Source: a virus. Taken from it: a stretch of 64,000 nt of DNA. Shown one piece after another: positions 1-10,390 of this stretch. Both the position numbers and the translations under genes were made by a program. A model generated the notes under the pieces. It had not been told where the DNA came from. It made no database searches and saw only the letters and a program-made list of their open reading frames with translations. Positions within the stretch are counted from its first letter, which is position 1. Each line of letters begins with the position of its first letter. The DNA lies in IMG/VR virus record IMGVR_UViG_3300044634_002329, positions 32,001-96,000 of that record, one strand, 5' to 3'.

Positions 1-505
1 TGGTATCAAAGTTGCACCTAATCAAAAGTTAGATTCAGGAGTATACCCAGAACATATGGTATATCTTAAGTCTGCAGGTATATGTGGACAATCGGATTTA
101 GTTGAAGTAGTTAATGGTAAAATATATATTATTGATTATAAGACTAATAAAGAAATTAAGACAGAATCTTTTGTAAATTGGGAAGGTTTATCTGATAAAT
201 TATCTTTTCCATTATCACATTTAGATGATTGTAATTTTAATCACTATGCATTACAATTAAGTATATATATGTATATTATGTTAAAGCATAATCCTAAATT
301 AAAACCAGGAGCAATGTATATACATCATATAGTATTTGAAGAAGATGATAAAGATGAAAATGGTTATCCTGTAACTAAGTATTCTCTAGAAGGAGACCCT
401 ATTGTAAAAGAAGTTATACCTATGGAAATACCTTATTTAGCAGATGAAGTAAGATCAATTATTCTTTGGTTATCTGATAATAAACATAAACTAAAAAAAA
501 AATAA
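1..505 (+). CDS. PD-(D/E)XK (Cas4/exonuclease-like) nuclease, 5'-truncated by the window edge
   Basis: Frame is open from position 2 (GIKVAPNQKLDSGVYPEHM...). Motifs GQSDLV...IIDYKT and YALQLSIY are typical of PD-(D/E)XK nucleases. Confidence 0.8.
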   Translation, partial: GIKVAPNQKLDSGVYPEHMVYLKSAGICGQSDLVEVVNGKIYIIDYKTNKEIKTESFVNWEGLSDKLSFPLSHLDDCNFNHYALQLSIYMYIMLKHNPKLKPGAMYIHHIVFEEDDKDENGYPVTKYSLEGDPIVKEVIPMEIPYLADEVRSIILWLSDNKHKLKKK

Positions 506-506
506 T

Positions 507-809
507 ATGAAACTTTATGAAGTAAGACATTTTGATGCAAACTATCCAGGACGTACAAAAATATTAAAGTATAAATCATTTGTAATATTTAAATATAAAC
601 GTAAGATGTTGGTTTATTTAAAACCATTAGAAGAAGAATCATATTATTTTAAAAATCCTGATAATCCTGAAACATTTTTAAAGGGTTATGTTGTATGTAA
701 AAATGATCATATTTTAATGTATCCTTATCTTGCAACAGATTTTATAGATGGATTAAAAAAATTGTTTAGAATAAAAACAAAAATCAAACCTATAAATCCA
801 TTTGTATGA
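507..809 (+). CDS. hypothetical protein
   Basis: 100-aa ORF tightly packed between neighbours, ATGA overlap with next gene. Confidence 0.6.
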   Translation: MKLYEVRHFDANYPGRTKILKYKSFVIFKYKRKMLVYLKPLEEESYYFKNPDNPETFLKGYVVCKNDHILMYPYLATDFIDGLKKLFRIKTKIKPINPFV

Positions 810-1321
810 TAGTTAAATTATTTGATATACAAAACGGAGTTGTTATACCTACAGAACATTGTTATACTCTTAAGTCTTTAAAAGATATCATGGATATTTA
901 TCCAGAAGATTATTTAAAGATCTATCAGTATTTGTTTTATATGACATGTCCTAATCCAGATTTGAACCCATTTTTTCATACTCCAGAAACAGATAAAGAA
1001 GATCTTATACTTTCTGAAATACAGGCAGAATTCTCTACTGAAGATACAGAAATCTATAAGGCATTAATGTTTTGTGAAAAGTTATATGAAACACCCACTT
1101 CTAGAGCATATAAGGGTATTAAATCCATGCTTGATAGATTGGGTAAGTATATGGAAATAACGTCCATTACAGATGGTAAAGATGGTAATTTAACAGCATT
1201 GATTAATGCAGCTAAGAATTATGAATCAGTCAGAAACTCTTTTAAGGGGGTTTACAAAGACTTGCAAGATGAACAACAAAGTAGAGCTAGAGGTGGTCAA
1301 GGTTTAGCTTATGATAGTTAA
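806..1321 (+). CDS. conserved phage protein, possible terminase small subunit
   Basis: Directly upstream of TerL; helical C-terminal half ending in RARGG. TerS assignment is positional only. Confidence 0.45.
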   Translation: MIVKLFDIQNGVVIPTEHCYTLKSLKDIMDIYPEDYLKIYQYLFYMTCPNPDLNPFFHTPETDKEDLILSEIQAEFSTEDTEIYKALMFCEKLYETPTSRAYKGIKSMLDRLGKYMEITSITDGKDGNLTALINAAKNYESVRNSFKGVYKDLQDEQQSRARGGQGLAYDS

Positions 1322-1323
1322 TT

Positions 1324-3525
1324 ATGGAAAATATATACACTAACATACCTACATGGGATAATGGTACATGGACTACTACTTCTTTTGATTCAAGAGAAGA
1401 TTGGAGAACCTATGTATTTTCTTTGTTTAAAGAACCTGGTCAATATGAGTTTGATGAAATAAGCAATACAGTGTTTAACTCTGAGTCAACTAAATTTAGA
1501 AATTCTAAAGTATATTGTACTGCAGCATTTAAGTCAAAAGACTTTATTAACTACTGGGATGATCAAAAGAATAAATGTAGACTAGGAGTAATTGTTAAAT
1601 CAAATAATAAAACCTGGTACTTATCTAGAGATTATTATATGTGGTTAAACTTCTTACCTATCTTTGATAAAGAACAACAAAAGTTTGACTTTGCTCAAAT
1701 TAGAGATGCTCAGTATCATATGGCATTATATGAAATATTAGCTGAGTTATTCTATCAACATTCTGCTATTCTTAAAAAACGTCAGATAGCATCATCATAT
1801 TTTCATGCAGGTAAACTTATTAATCAGTTATGGTTTGAGGCCGGAGTCACACTTAAAATGGGAGCTAGTCTTAAAGATTACATAAATGAAAAAGGTACTT
1901 GGAAATTCTTAAATGAATATGCTGCATTTTTAAATGAACACACTGCTTGGTATAGACCTATGTCACCAGATAAAGTAATGATGTGGCAACAAAAAATTGA
2001 AGTAAGAATAGGAGATAGAAAAGCAGAGGTTGGATTAAAAGGTACCATGCAAGGTATGTCTTTTGATAAAGATCCGACAAATGGTGTAGGGGGTCCGGTT
2101 AAATACTTTTTTCATGAAGAAGCTGGTATTGCTCCTAAGATGAATACTACTTTTGGATATATTAAACCGGCCTTAAAATCAGGTATGATCACAACAGGTA
2201 TGTTTATAGCTGCAGGATCAGTGGGAGATTTAGATCAATGTGAACCACTTAAAAAAATGATTTTACAACCTGAAGCTAATGATATATATGCTGTAACTAC
2301 TAATTTAATTGATGAAGATTTTACTGTGGGTATGTCAGGTTTATTTATTCCTGAACAATGGTCTATGCCACCATATATTGATGATTATGGTAATTCACTT
2401 GTAGAAGAAGCATTAAAAGCTTTAGATGAGTATTTTGAAAAATGCAAAAAAACCATGGATCCTGAAGATTATCAATTGGAGATATCTCAGCATCCTAGAA
2501 ATATTGCAGAAGCATTTAAACATAGAAAAGTATCTAAGTTCCCATCTCACTTAGTTAATGCTCAATTAAAAAGAATTGAAGATAAAGAGTATGCATATGA
2601 GTACTTAGATATATCTAGAGATGCTGAAGGACGGGTGGTAACTAAAGCAAGTAATAGACAACCTATTAAAGAATTCCCTATTACAAAGAAAACAGAAGAT
2701 AAAACTGGAGTACTAGTAGTATGGGAAAGACCTATTCCTAATCCAGGATTTGGACAGTATTATGCTTCTATTGACCCCGTATCAGAGGGTAAAACAACAA
2801 CATCAGAATCATTGTGTTCTATATATATTATGAAAGCTCCTGTAGAAGTTACTAAGGTTACATCAGGAGAAACAGAAACTTATATAGAAGAAGATAAAAT
2901 AGTAGCAGCTTGGTGTGGCCGATTTGATGATATTAAGCAAACACATGAAAGATTAGAGATGATTATAGAATGGTATAATGCATGGACAGTAATTGAAAAT
3001 AACATTTCATTATTTATCCAGTACATGATCTCTAGAAAAAAACAAAGATACTTAGTACCAAAAAGTCAGATCATGTTCTTAAAAGATCTTGGTGCTAATG
3101 CTAACGTGTTCCAGGAGTATGGTTGGAAAAATACCGGTGTATTATTTAAACAACACCTTATTAGTTATGCTATTGAGTATACAAAAGAAGAACTAGATAC
3201 TGAAACTAAAGCGGATGGTACAATAGTTAGAACTAAATATGGTATTGAAAGAATACCAGATCCTATGTTATTAAAAGAAATGCAAGCTTATGTTGATGGA
3301 CTTAACGTGGATAGGATGGTAGCATTCTGTGCATTGGTTGCATTTATGAGAATACAACAAGCTAACCGTGGTTATACTAAAAGAGTTATCATGGATGAAG
3401 CATCCAAAAACTTGGAAAAGTCAAAAAATTTGTTTAAATTAAATAAGAGTCCTTTCCGTCATATGGGTGGATCAGGATTTGGGAATTCAGGGATTAAAAG
3501 ATCTGCATTCAGAAACTTAAAGTAA
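1324..3525 (+). CDS. terL: terminase large subunit
   Basis: Walker A-like ILKKRQIASSY, Walker B YFFHEEAG, RNase H-like nuclease motif YYASIDPV and C-terminal DRMVAF; upstream of portal. Confidence 0.93.
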   Translation: MENIYTNIPTWDNGTWTTTSFDSREDWRTYVFSLFKEPGQYEFDEISNTVFNSESTKFRNSKVYCTAAFKSKDFINYWDDQKNKCRLGVIVKSNNKTWYLSRDYYMWLNFLPIFDKEQQKFDFAQIRDAQYHMALYEILAELFYQHSAILKKRQIASSYFHAGKLINQLWFEAGVTLKMGASLKDYINEKGTWKFLNEYAAFLNEHTAWYRPMSPDKVMMWQQKIEVRIGDRKAEVGLKGTMQGMSFDKDPTNGVGGPVKYFFHEEAGIAPKMNTTFGYIKPALKSGMITTGMFIAAGSVGDLDQCEPLKKMILQPEANDIYAVTTNLIDEDFTVGMSGLFIPEQWSMPPYIDDYGNSLVEEALKALDEYFEKCKKTMDPEDYQLEISQHPRNIAEAFKHRKVSKFPSHLVNAQLKRIEDKEYAYEYLDISRDAEGRVVTKASNRQPIKEFPITKKTEDKTGVLVVWERPIPNPGFGQYYASIDPVSEGKTTTSESLCSIYIMKAPVEVTKVTSGETETYIEEDKIVAAWCGRFDDIKQTHERLEMIIEWYNAWTVIENNISLFIQYMISRKKQRYLVPKSQIMFLKDLGANANVFQEYGWKNTGVLFKQHLISYAIEYTKEELDTETKADGTIVRTKYGIERIPDPMLLKEMQAYVDGLNVDRMVAFCALVAFMRIQQANRGYTKRVIMDEASKNLEKSKNLFKLNKSPFRHMGGSGFGNSGIKRSAFRNLK

Positions 3526-3532
3526 AAAAATT

Positions 3533-6280
3533 ATGCAAATAATTAATGCTCTACAAGCTAAAAACGGAGCCAAAACTGAACATAATAGAATTGGTAGTAT
3601 TACACAACCATTACAATTTCTTACTAAAGCAGAAAAAGATGCTCAATGGGCTGCTTGGAATTTAGACTGGGTTGAATGGCAAGGTTTAAAACAGATCCGT
3701 AGAAATGCTAGAAGACTTATGAAAAACTATAAGTTGGCTAAAGGTATTATTGACAAGTCTGATTACATTGTAGAAGAAGATAATGATTATAGAGACATTG
3801 TTGAAATACTAACTAAAGAAGATCAATCTGCTTTAGAGTTAAAATTCTACCCAATTATTCCAAATGTAATCAATGTGTTAGTTGCAGAGTTTGCAAAAAG
3901 AACAACTAAACTTACATATAGAGCTGTAGATGAGTTTTCATATAATGAAATGATGGAGCAAAAAAGATCAATGGTAGAAGAAACATTGATGGGAAATGCT
4001 CAAATGAAACTTATGGCTGCTATGATTGAACAAGGATTAGATCCTAATTCACCTGAAGCACAAGAACAAGTTAATCCAGAAAAATTAAAATCATTACCAG
4101 AAATAGAAGCTTTCTTTAAAAAAGACTATAGATCCATGGTAGAACAATGGGCCGAGCATCAACACAAAGTAGATGTTGAAAGGTTTAAAATGGATGAGTT
4201 AGAAGAAAGAGGATTTAGAGATATGCTTATTACTGATAGAGAGTTCTGGCATATGAGAATGATGGAGGATGATTATGAGGTTGAACTTTGGAATCCGGCT
4301 ATTACCTTTTACCATAAATCTCCAGATGCTAGATATATTTCTCAATCTAACTGGGTTGGTAAAACTGATATGATGACAGCATCAGATGTAATTGATAAGT
4401 ATGGTTACATGATGACTGAAGAGCAACTAGCTGCACTAGAAGCTGTATACCCTATTAGATCTGCAGGTTACACTATAGGTGGTCAACAAAATGACGGATC
4501 ATACTATGATGGTACTAAATCTCATGAATGGAATACTAACATGCCTTCATTAGCATATAGACAATACACATCTGCAATGAATGGTACAGTACTAAATTCT
4601 GGAGATATTATTAATCAAATCCTATCAGAAGGGGAAGATTACTATGATCAAGGTACAGCATACTTATTAAGAGTATCTACTGTATATTGGAAATCACAAA
4701 GAAAAGTAGGACACTTAACTAAAGTTGCAGAAAATGGTGAAGTAGTTAATGAAGTAGTATCTGAAGAATATAAAATTACAGATAAGCCTATATATGATAT
4801 AAGAATGTTTAAGAATAAAACTAAAGACAATCTTATATATGGTGAACATATTGACTGGATATGGATTAATGAAGTATGGGGTGGTGTTAAAGTAGGCCCT
4901 AACATTCCTTCATTCTGGGGTATGAATAACCCTGGAGGATTCTCACCTATCTATATTGGTGTAGATAAAAACAAAATTAGCCCACTTAAATTTCAATTTA
5001 AAGGAGATAACACTCTTTATGGTTGTAAACTTCCTGTAGAAGGTTCAGTCTTTTCTGATAGAAATACTAAGTCTACTGCACTTATTGATTTAATGAAACC
5101 ATACCAGATTGGATACAACATTGTAAATAATCAAATAGCAGATATACTAGTAGATGAATTAGGTACTGTAATTATGTTTGATCAAAACACATTACCTAGA
5201 CACTCACTAGGAGAAGATTGGGGAAAAGGTAACTTAGCTAAAGCTTATGTTGCTATGAAGAATTTCCAGATGCTTCCACTTGATACATCTATTACTAATA
5301 CAGAGAATGCATTAAACTTTAATCATTTCCAAAAATTAGATCTAGAACAGACTAATAGATTAATGTCAAGGGTTAACTTGGCTAACTATTTTAAACAACA
5401 AGCCTATGAGGTCATTGGGGTGACTCCTCAACGTATGGGACAAGAAATAGCTAGAATGAGTGCCACAGGTGTAGAACAAGCAGCAAATGCTTCCTATGCA
5501 CAAACTGAGGTATTCTTTATACAACACTGTGACTACTTAATGCCAAGAGTGCATCAAATGAGAACAGACTTAGCTCAGTTTTATCATTCAACTAAACCAT
5601 CAGCTAGATTATCATATATGACATCTGCAGATGAAAAAGTCAATTTCCAAATTAATGGAACTGATTTGTTAATGAGAGATCTTAATATATTCTGTAGTAC
5701 TAATGCTAATAACAGAGCTATCTTAGAGCAATTAAAAAATCTTGCTGTAAATAATAATACTACTGGAGCATCTATTTATGATCTTGGTAAACTTGTACAA
5801 TCAGATTCTATTGCTGAACTTAATTCAGCTCTTAAAGCATCTGAAGCTAAGGTTAATCAACTTAAGCAACAAGAAATGCAACAAGCTCAACAAATGCAAC
5901 AAGAACAAATTGCTTCTCAAGAAAAACAAAAACAAATGCAAATCCAAGCTGAAGCAGAAAAACAAGATAAGATTCTTGAAAACAATATTGTTGTGGCTGA
6001 GATTAGAGCATCTGGTTTTGGAGCTACTATGGATATCAATGAAAATAAAATGTCAGACTTCCAGGATTCAATGAAAGATCTTAGACAAACTGAGCAATAC
6101 AGAGAACAAACTGATTTGCAAAGAGAAAAACAGTCTAATGAAAACTTAAGAAGTTCTCAAAAAATGGATATTGAAAGAGAAAAACTTCAAACCCAAAGAG
6201 AGATAGCTGATAAACAATTACAGGTAGCAAGAGAGAATAAAAACAAGTTTGATAATAAATCTAAAGAAAAGAAGAAGTAG
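3533..6280 (+). CDS. portal protein (crAss-like)
   Basis: 915 aa after TerL; KFYPIIPNVINVL, SxxDLMKPYQxxYN and GVTPQRMG motifs, Gln-rich coiled-coil C-terminus. Confidence 0.85.
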   Translation: MQIINALQAKNGAKTEHNRIGSITQPLQFLTKAEKDAQWAAWNLDWVEWQGLKQIRRNARRLMKNYKLAKGIIDKSDYIVEEDNDYRDIVEILTKEDQSALELKFYPIIPNVINVLVAEFAKRTTKLTYRAVDEFSYNEMMEQKRSMVEETLMGNAQMKLMAAMIEQGLDPNSPEAQEQVNPEKLKSLPEIEAFFKKDYRSMVEQWAEHQHKVDVERFKMDELEERGFRDMLITDREFWHMRMMEDDYEVELWNPAITFYHKSPDARYISQSNWVGKTDMMTASDVIDKYGYMMTEEQLAALEAVYPIRSAGYTIGGQQNDGSYYDGTKSHEWNTNMPSLAYRQYTSAMNGTVLNSGDIINQILSEGEDYYDQGTAYLLRVSTVYWKSQRKVGHLTKVAENGEVVNEVVSEEYKITDKPIYDIRMFKNKTKDNLIYGEHIDWIWINEVWGGVKVGPNIPSFWGMNNPGGFSPIYIGVDKNKISPLKFQFKGDNTLYGCKLPVEGSVFSDRNTKSTALIDLMKPYQIGYNIVNNQIADILVDELGTVIMFDQNTLPRHSLGEDWGKGNLAKAYVAMKNFQMLPLDTSITNTENALNFNHFQKLDLEQTNRLMSRVNLANYFKQQAYEVIGVTPQRMGQEIARMSATGVEQAANASYAQTEVFFIQHCDYLMPRVHQMRTDLAQFYHSTKPSARLSYMTSADEKVNFQINGTDLLMRDLNIFCSTNANNRAILEQLKNLAVNNNTTGASIYDLGKLVQSDSIAELNSALKASEAKVNQLKQQEMQQAQQMQQEQIASQEKQKQMQIQAEAEKQDKILENNIVVAEIRASGFGATMDINENKMSDFQDSMKDLRQTEQYREQTDLQREKQSNENLRSSQKMDIEREKLQTQREIADKQLQVARENKNKFDNKSKEKKK

Positions 6281-6333
6281 TATAGCCATATAGTAGAAAA
6301 AATTATAAAACAGTTTTAAATTTTTAAAATTTA

Positions 6334-6345
6334 TTTACTATATTA
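6334..6345 (+). promoter_or_regulatory. putative phage promoter motif (TTTACTATATTA)
   Basis: One of 7 intergenic copies of WTTWNTATATTW upstream of starts. Confidence 0.45.
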
Positions 6346-6357
6346 CATTATAAACAA

Positions 6358-6368
6358 AAACCAACAAA
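6358..6368 (+). promoter_or_regulatory. AAACCAACAAA translation-initiation-region motif
   Basis: Abuts ATG 6369; identical copies at 9348 and 18047; exact complement of hairpin loop 21974-21984. Confidence 0.6.
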
Positions 6369-7631
6369 ATGTTTGAAGAAGAAAAAAAATCTGATAACCA
6401 GATTCTAGATGCTACAACGGTAGCACAAGTAGATGTAAACATTGATGAAATTTTTGGTGTACCTGGAGCAGAAAGTGTAATGCTTCCTGAAGATGGTAAA
6501 GAACCTGAAAAGCCAAAGTCAGTATTTACAAAAGAAACAGTAGATGTATCGTTCCTTGACAAGACAGTTAATACTCCTGATGATGTAGTGAGTAACAAAG
6601 CTGAAGTAGCAGAAACAATTGCTGAATTAGATGGTCTTATATCTCAAGAAGAAGATTCAGGTAACAAAGGAAGACCAAAAGTAGATAAGTCTGGTCTTAT
6701 GGAGTTAGCTCAAAAAATGATTGAAGATGGTGTTCTAGTTCCTTTTGCAGATGAAGAAGGAAATGAAATTCCTTTGGATAAATATACTACTAAAGACTTC
6801 AGAGAACTTTTTGAAGAAAACTTTCAAGAAAGAGAAAAAAAGATTAAAGAAAATACTCCAAAGGAATTCTTTAACTCTCTTCCAGAAGAACTTCAGATTG
6901 CTGCTAAATATGTAGCTGATGGTGGACAAGACATGAAAGGTCTTTTTAGAACATTAGCACAGATGGAGGAAATGATTCAATTAGATCCATCTAATGAATA
7001 TGATCAAGCAGAAATTGCTAGACAATATTTAACAGCTACTAACTTTGGTACTCCAGAAGAAATTGATGAAGAAATCAATGACTGGAAAGACATGGATAGA
7101 TTAGAACAAAAAGCTAATCAATTCAAACCTAAGTTAGACAGAATGCAAGAAGAAATTGTTGCAAAACAATTAGCAGAACAAGAACAGAAAAAAGAACAAC
7201 AAGCTAAAGCTGCTAAAGTTTATACAGATAATGTATACAATACACTATTAACAGGAGAAATAGGTGGGATTAAACTTGATAAGAAAACACAAGGTATGTT
7301 ATACTCAGGATTAGTTCAACCAAATTATTCTTCTATCTCAGGTAAACCTACAAATATGTTAGGTCACTTACTTGAAAAGTATCAGTTTGTAGAACCAAGA
7401 CATGATTTAATTGCTGAAGCTCTTTGGTTATTGTCAGATCCAGAAGGATACAAAACAAAGATTAAAGACCAAGGTTCTAAAGCAGCTACTGAAAAAACAG
7501 TAAGAATGTTAAAGACTGAAGAGTCTAGAAAAATTGCTTCAACTATAAATGAAGAAGAAGAAAAAAGAACAAATAAACCAAATAGAACAATACCAAGGGC
7601 TCAGGCCGGAAGTATGTTTAGAAGATTTTAA
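6369..7631 (+). CDS. acidic capsid assembly/scaffold-like protein
   Basis: Acidic disordered N-terminus plus coiled coil; located between portal and MCP as in crAss-like phages. Confidence 0.6.
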   Translation: MFEEEKKSDNQILDATTVAQVDVNIDEIFGVPGAESVMLPEDGKEPEKPKSVFTKETVDVSFLDKTVNTPDDVVSNKAEVAETIAELDGLISQEEDSGNKGRPKVDKSGLMELAQKMIEDGVLVPFADEEGNEIPLDKYTTKDFRELFEENFQEREKKIKENTPKEFFNSLPEELQIAAKYVADGGQDMKGLFRTLAQMEEMIQLDPSNEYDQAEIARQYLTATNFGTPEEIDEEINDWKDMDRLEQKANQFKPKLDRMQEEIVAKQLAEQEQKKEQQAKAAKVYTDNVYNTLLTGEIGGIKLDKKTQGMLYSGLVQPNYSSISGKPTNMLGHLLEKYQFVEPRHDLIAEALWLLSDPEGYKTKIKDQGSKAATEKTVRMLKTEESRKIASTINEEEEKRTNKPNRTIPRAQAGSMFRRF

Positions 7632-7662
7632 ATAATAAACACTAATAAATAAACAAGTAAAA

Positions 7663-9279
7663 ATGGCAACTCCAGTTTTAAACAATGGTATATTCCTACG
7701 TGATACTGCTTATGCAGCTTCATCTCACGTAGATTCTTACCACTTAGTAAACATGCTTAAGGATGCTGAACCTATGGATTTAGGTCCGGTTGATCTTTGG
7801 GCTATGGCACAAAAGGTTGAAATGCCTCTTTACCAAATGTCTTCTTTCGGTGGAAAGAATGTCATTATGGTTGACAATGCTCGTGGAGAGTATAGATGGC
7901 AAACTCCAGTTTCAGTAGATCTACCTTACATTGTAGAGGACATTGAATCTGAAAATGATTTCAAAGGTATTGAAGGTACTACTTTCCGTATCAAGTTGAA
8001 CAAACGTGAGTTTGGACATGGTGATATTATCACTTATGACAAATACAACGGTGTTGAGATGTACATTACAGCTGAAGACATTCTTCCTATTGGAGATGGA
8101 TTTATCTATACTGTACAGTTGGTAAACAATGACAATTACAAATACTTGGATAACAAGTACTTGTCTAATGGTACAAAAGTTTTCCGTAAAGGTTCAGCTA
8201 GAGGTGAGTATGGTGAGAGATTCTCTGACATCATTACTAACACAGGTTTCCGTGAATTCTATAACTATGTAGGAGGTGCTGAAGCTCACGTACATTACTC
8301 TATCTCTTCTCGTGCAGATTTGATGATCAAAGGTGGAATGAATGCAGATGGTACAGTTCCTGTAACTGAAATCTGGAGAACATTTGACAAAAACATTGAT
8401 CCAGCAATTGCATCTTTGGATGATATGGTTAAGGTAATGGGTAAAGACAAAGTTAAAAAAGCATTTGACAATGGAGACTTGTCACGTACTTTCTTGACTA
8501 ACATGGAAGCTGCTCACTTAACAAAAATTGCAACGGATATTGAGACTTACCTTATGTGGGGACACGGAGGTAGAGTACGTCAAGATGGTCCAGATGATGT
8601 AAGATTGTCAGTGGGTCTTTGGAAACAATTGGATAACTCTTTCAAAAGAGTATACAATAAAAATAACTTTACATTGGATTTGTTCCGTGGAGAAATCTAC
8701 AACTTCTTCAATGGTAAAGTTGAGTTCCAAGGTCCAGATCCAAAAAGATCTTTGGTTGTACAAACTGGTATGGGTGGAATGAGAATGGTAAATGAAGCTA
8801 TCAAAAGAGAAGCAGTATCTTCTGGTCTTTTGATTCAAGCTGCTGATATCGGTGCAATCACTGGTAAAGGTATGGACTTGAACTTTGGATTTGCTTACAC
8901 TTCTTATGTTATTCCATTCTTGGCTAACGTGAAATTTGTATTGAATCCAGCATTTGACAATGTTCATACAAATGATATTGAGAACCCAATCATTGATGGT
9001 TTCCCATTATCTTCTTACTCATTCATTATCTTTGATATCACAGATAACACAAATGACAACATCTACATGTTGAAATTGTCTTGGGATAATCAATTGAAAT
9101 GGTGGTATCAAAATGGTACAATGGATTACATGGGTAGAACTCAAGGGTTCCAATCTTCTGGACAATTCAACGGATACCGTGTAATGATGTCTCAAACAAT
9201 GCCTGCTATTTGGGTTAAAGATCCAACTAAAGTATTAAAAATTGTTATGAGAAACCCAGTTACAGGTGGATCATTCTAA
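7663..9279 (+). CDS. major capsid protein (crAss-like)
   Basis: 538 aa; position after portal/scaffold; biased codon usage (ttc, aac, cgt) of a highly expressed gene; followed by terminator. Confidence 0.85.
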   Translation: MATPVLNNGIFLRDTAYAASSHVDSYHLVNMLKDAEPMDLGPVDLWAMAQKVEMPLYQMSSFGGKNVIMVDNARGEYRWQTPVSVDLPYIVEDIESENDFKGIEGTTFRIKLNKREFGHGDIITYDKYNGVEMYITAEDILPIGDGFIYTVQLVNNDNYKYLDNKYLSNGTKVFRKGSARGEYGERFSDIITNTGFREFYNYVGGAEAHVHYSISSRADLMIKGGMNADGTVPVTEIWRTFDKNIDPAIASLDDMVKVMGKDKVKKAFDNGDLSRTFLTNMEAAHLTKIATDIETYLMWGHGGRVRQDGPDDVRLSVGLWKQLDNSFKRVYNKNNFTLDLFRGEIYNFFNGKVEFQGPDPKRSLVVQTGMGGMRMVNEAIKREAVSSGLLIQAADIGAITGKGMDLNFGFAYTSYVIPFLANVKFVLNPAFDNVHTNDIENPIIDGFPLSSYSFIIFDITDNTNDNIYMLKLSWDNQLKWWYQNGTMDYMGRTQGFQSSGQFNGYRVMMSQTMPAIWVKDPTKVLKIVMRNPVTGGSF

Positions 9280-9295
9280 TAAGTCAAAGGATAAC

Positions 9296-9331
9296 GGGAG
9301 AGATATTATGTTTCTCCCTTTATTAATTTTT
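9296..9331 (+). terminator. Rho-independent terminator after MCP
   Basis: GGGAGAGAT-loop-GTTTCTCCC stem followed by T-rich tract. Confidence 0.7.
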
Positions 9332-9347
9332 AAAAACCAATAATTAA

Positions 9348-9358
9348 AAACCAACAAA
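9348..9358 (+). promoter_or_regulatory. AAACCAACAAA translation-initiation-region motif
   Basis: 3 nt upstream of ATG 9362; a partial copy AAAAACCAA also lies at 9332-9340. Confidence 0.6.
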
Positions 9359-9361
9359 AAC

Positions 9362-10378
9362 ATGAGTACATTCACAATGGTTGAAACCAATAAGGCAAGC
9401 AACCGTAAAACAGCAATAGCAATCCGTCCTTTCTTTGATAATGCAGCTTCAAACATGGGATTAGAACATTATGGTTTATCTTTATATGATGGAGTTAAAC
9501 ACCATGAACAACTAGCTTGTTTAGAAAATAATGGAGTAATCAGATATGTAACTGGTCTAAATGAATTTGCACCAGAAATTAAGTTGCTTAATAAAGAAGA
9601 CAGAGAAGCTAGAGTACATGAAATTAGAACAGCTATTATTGAATTAGAAAAAGAATTAGCTGCTAATGTAATTGATATTGATAGTCCAACATTTTGGAAT
9701 GAAGTAAAATTGTTAAAACCAGATAATGCAGAATTTTGGAATAGAATTAATATTGCATGTGGTAATGATCCAGTTTTCCTAGATCCAAAAGATCCTTATG
9801 ATAGAATTAAACTTTATGCTATTGAAGCAGGAGGTTTTGCTATTGTAGCAAAAAGTTTTGATGATGCTAGATCCAAAGCAGTTCCACCAAAGTTTTACTT
9901 AGACAAAGAAGAAGAAACTGTAATGGCTAGAACTGAATACAAAAAAATGAGAAATAAAGCATTGTCTGAGCTTCAAAAATTATTTGACAAAAACAGTACT
10001 AAGTTATTCTACATTGCAAAAGTTGTAGATATTAATAGTACACAATATAGAAAAGCTACACCATTAGATGTTATCTATGAAAATATGGATAGATATATTA
10101 ATGGTGATGGTGGAGAAAGCAATAAAGAAAGAGCAGCTAAATCTTTTATTGAAACATCCAATATGGATATGGAAACACTAAAAATTAAATCAATTGTACG
10201 TGATTCCGTTTTTTTTAAGTATATTATTAATAAGGCTGATGGATATATTTATCATGTAAAATCAAATGCATTACTTGGTAGAAATGTTTCAGATGTTGTT
10301 GAGTTTTTAAAGAATCCTTTAAATGAAGATGTTTTAAAAGACTTGAGCACAGCCACAGAAAAATATTGGAACTCTTAA
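9362..10378 (+). CDS. conserved crAss-like capsid-module protein
   Basis: 338-aa ORF directly after MCP, matching crAss-like synteny; function unknown. Confidence 0.6.
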   Translation: MSTFTMVETNKASNRKTAIAIRPFFDNAASNMGLEHYGLSLYDGVKHHEQLACLENNGVIRYVTGLNEFAPEIKLLNKEDREARVHEIRTAIIELEKELAANVIDIDSPTFWNEVKLLKPDNAEFWNRINIACGNDPVFLDPKDPYDRIKLYAIEAGGFAIVAKSFDDARSKAVPPKFYLDKEEETVMARTEYKKMRNKALSELQKLFDKNSTKLFYIAKVVDINSTQYRKATPLDVIYENMDRYINGDGGESNKERAAKSFIETSNMDMETLKIKSIVRDSVFFKYIINKADGYIYHVKSNALLGRNVSDVVEFLKNPLNEDVLKDLSTATEKYWNS

Positions 10379-10390
10379 AATTAAAATAAA

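Noticed and set aside
1-505. Cas4 as part of a CRISPR-Cas locus
   Set aside because: No cas1/cas2 or array nearby; solo PD-(D/E)XK nucleases are common in phages
1324-9279. Introns or inteins in TerL, portal or MCP
   Set aside because: ORFs are continuous and of ordinary length, with no intein splice or homing endonuclease motifs seen
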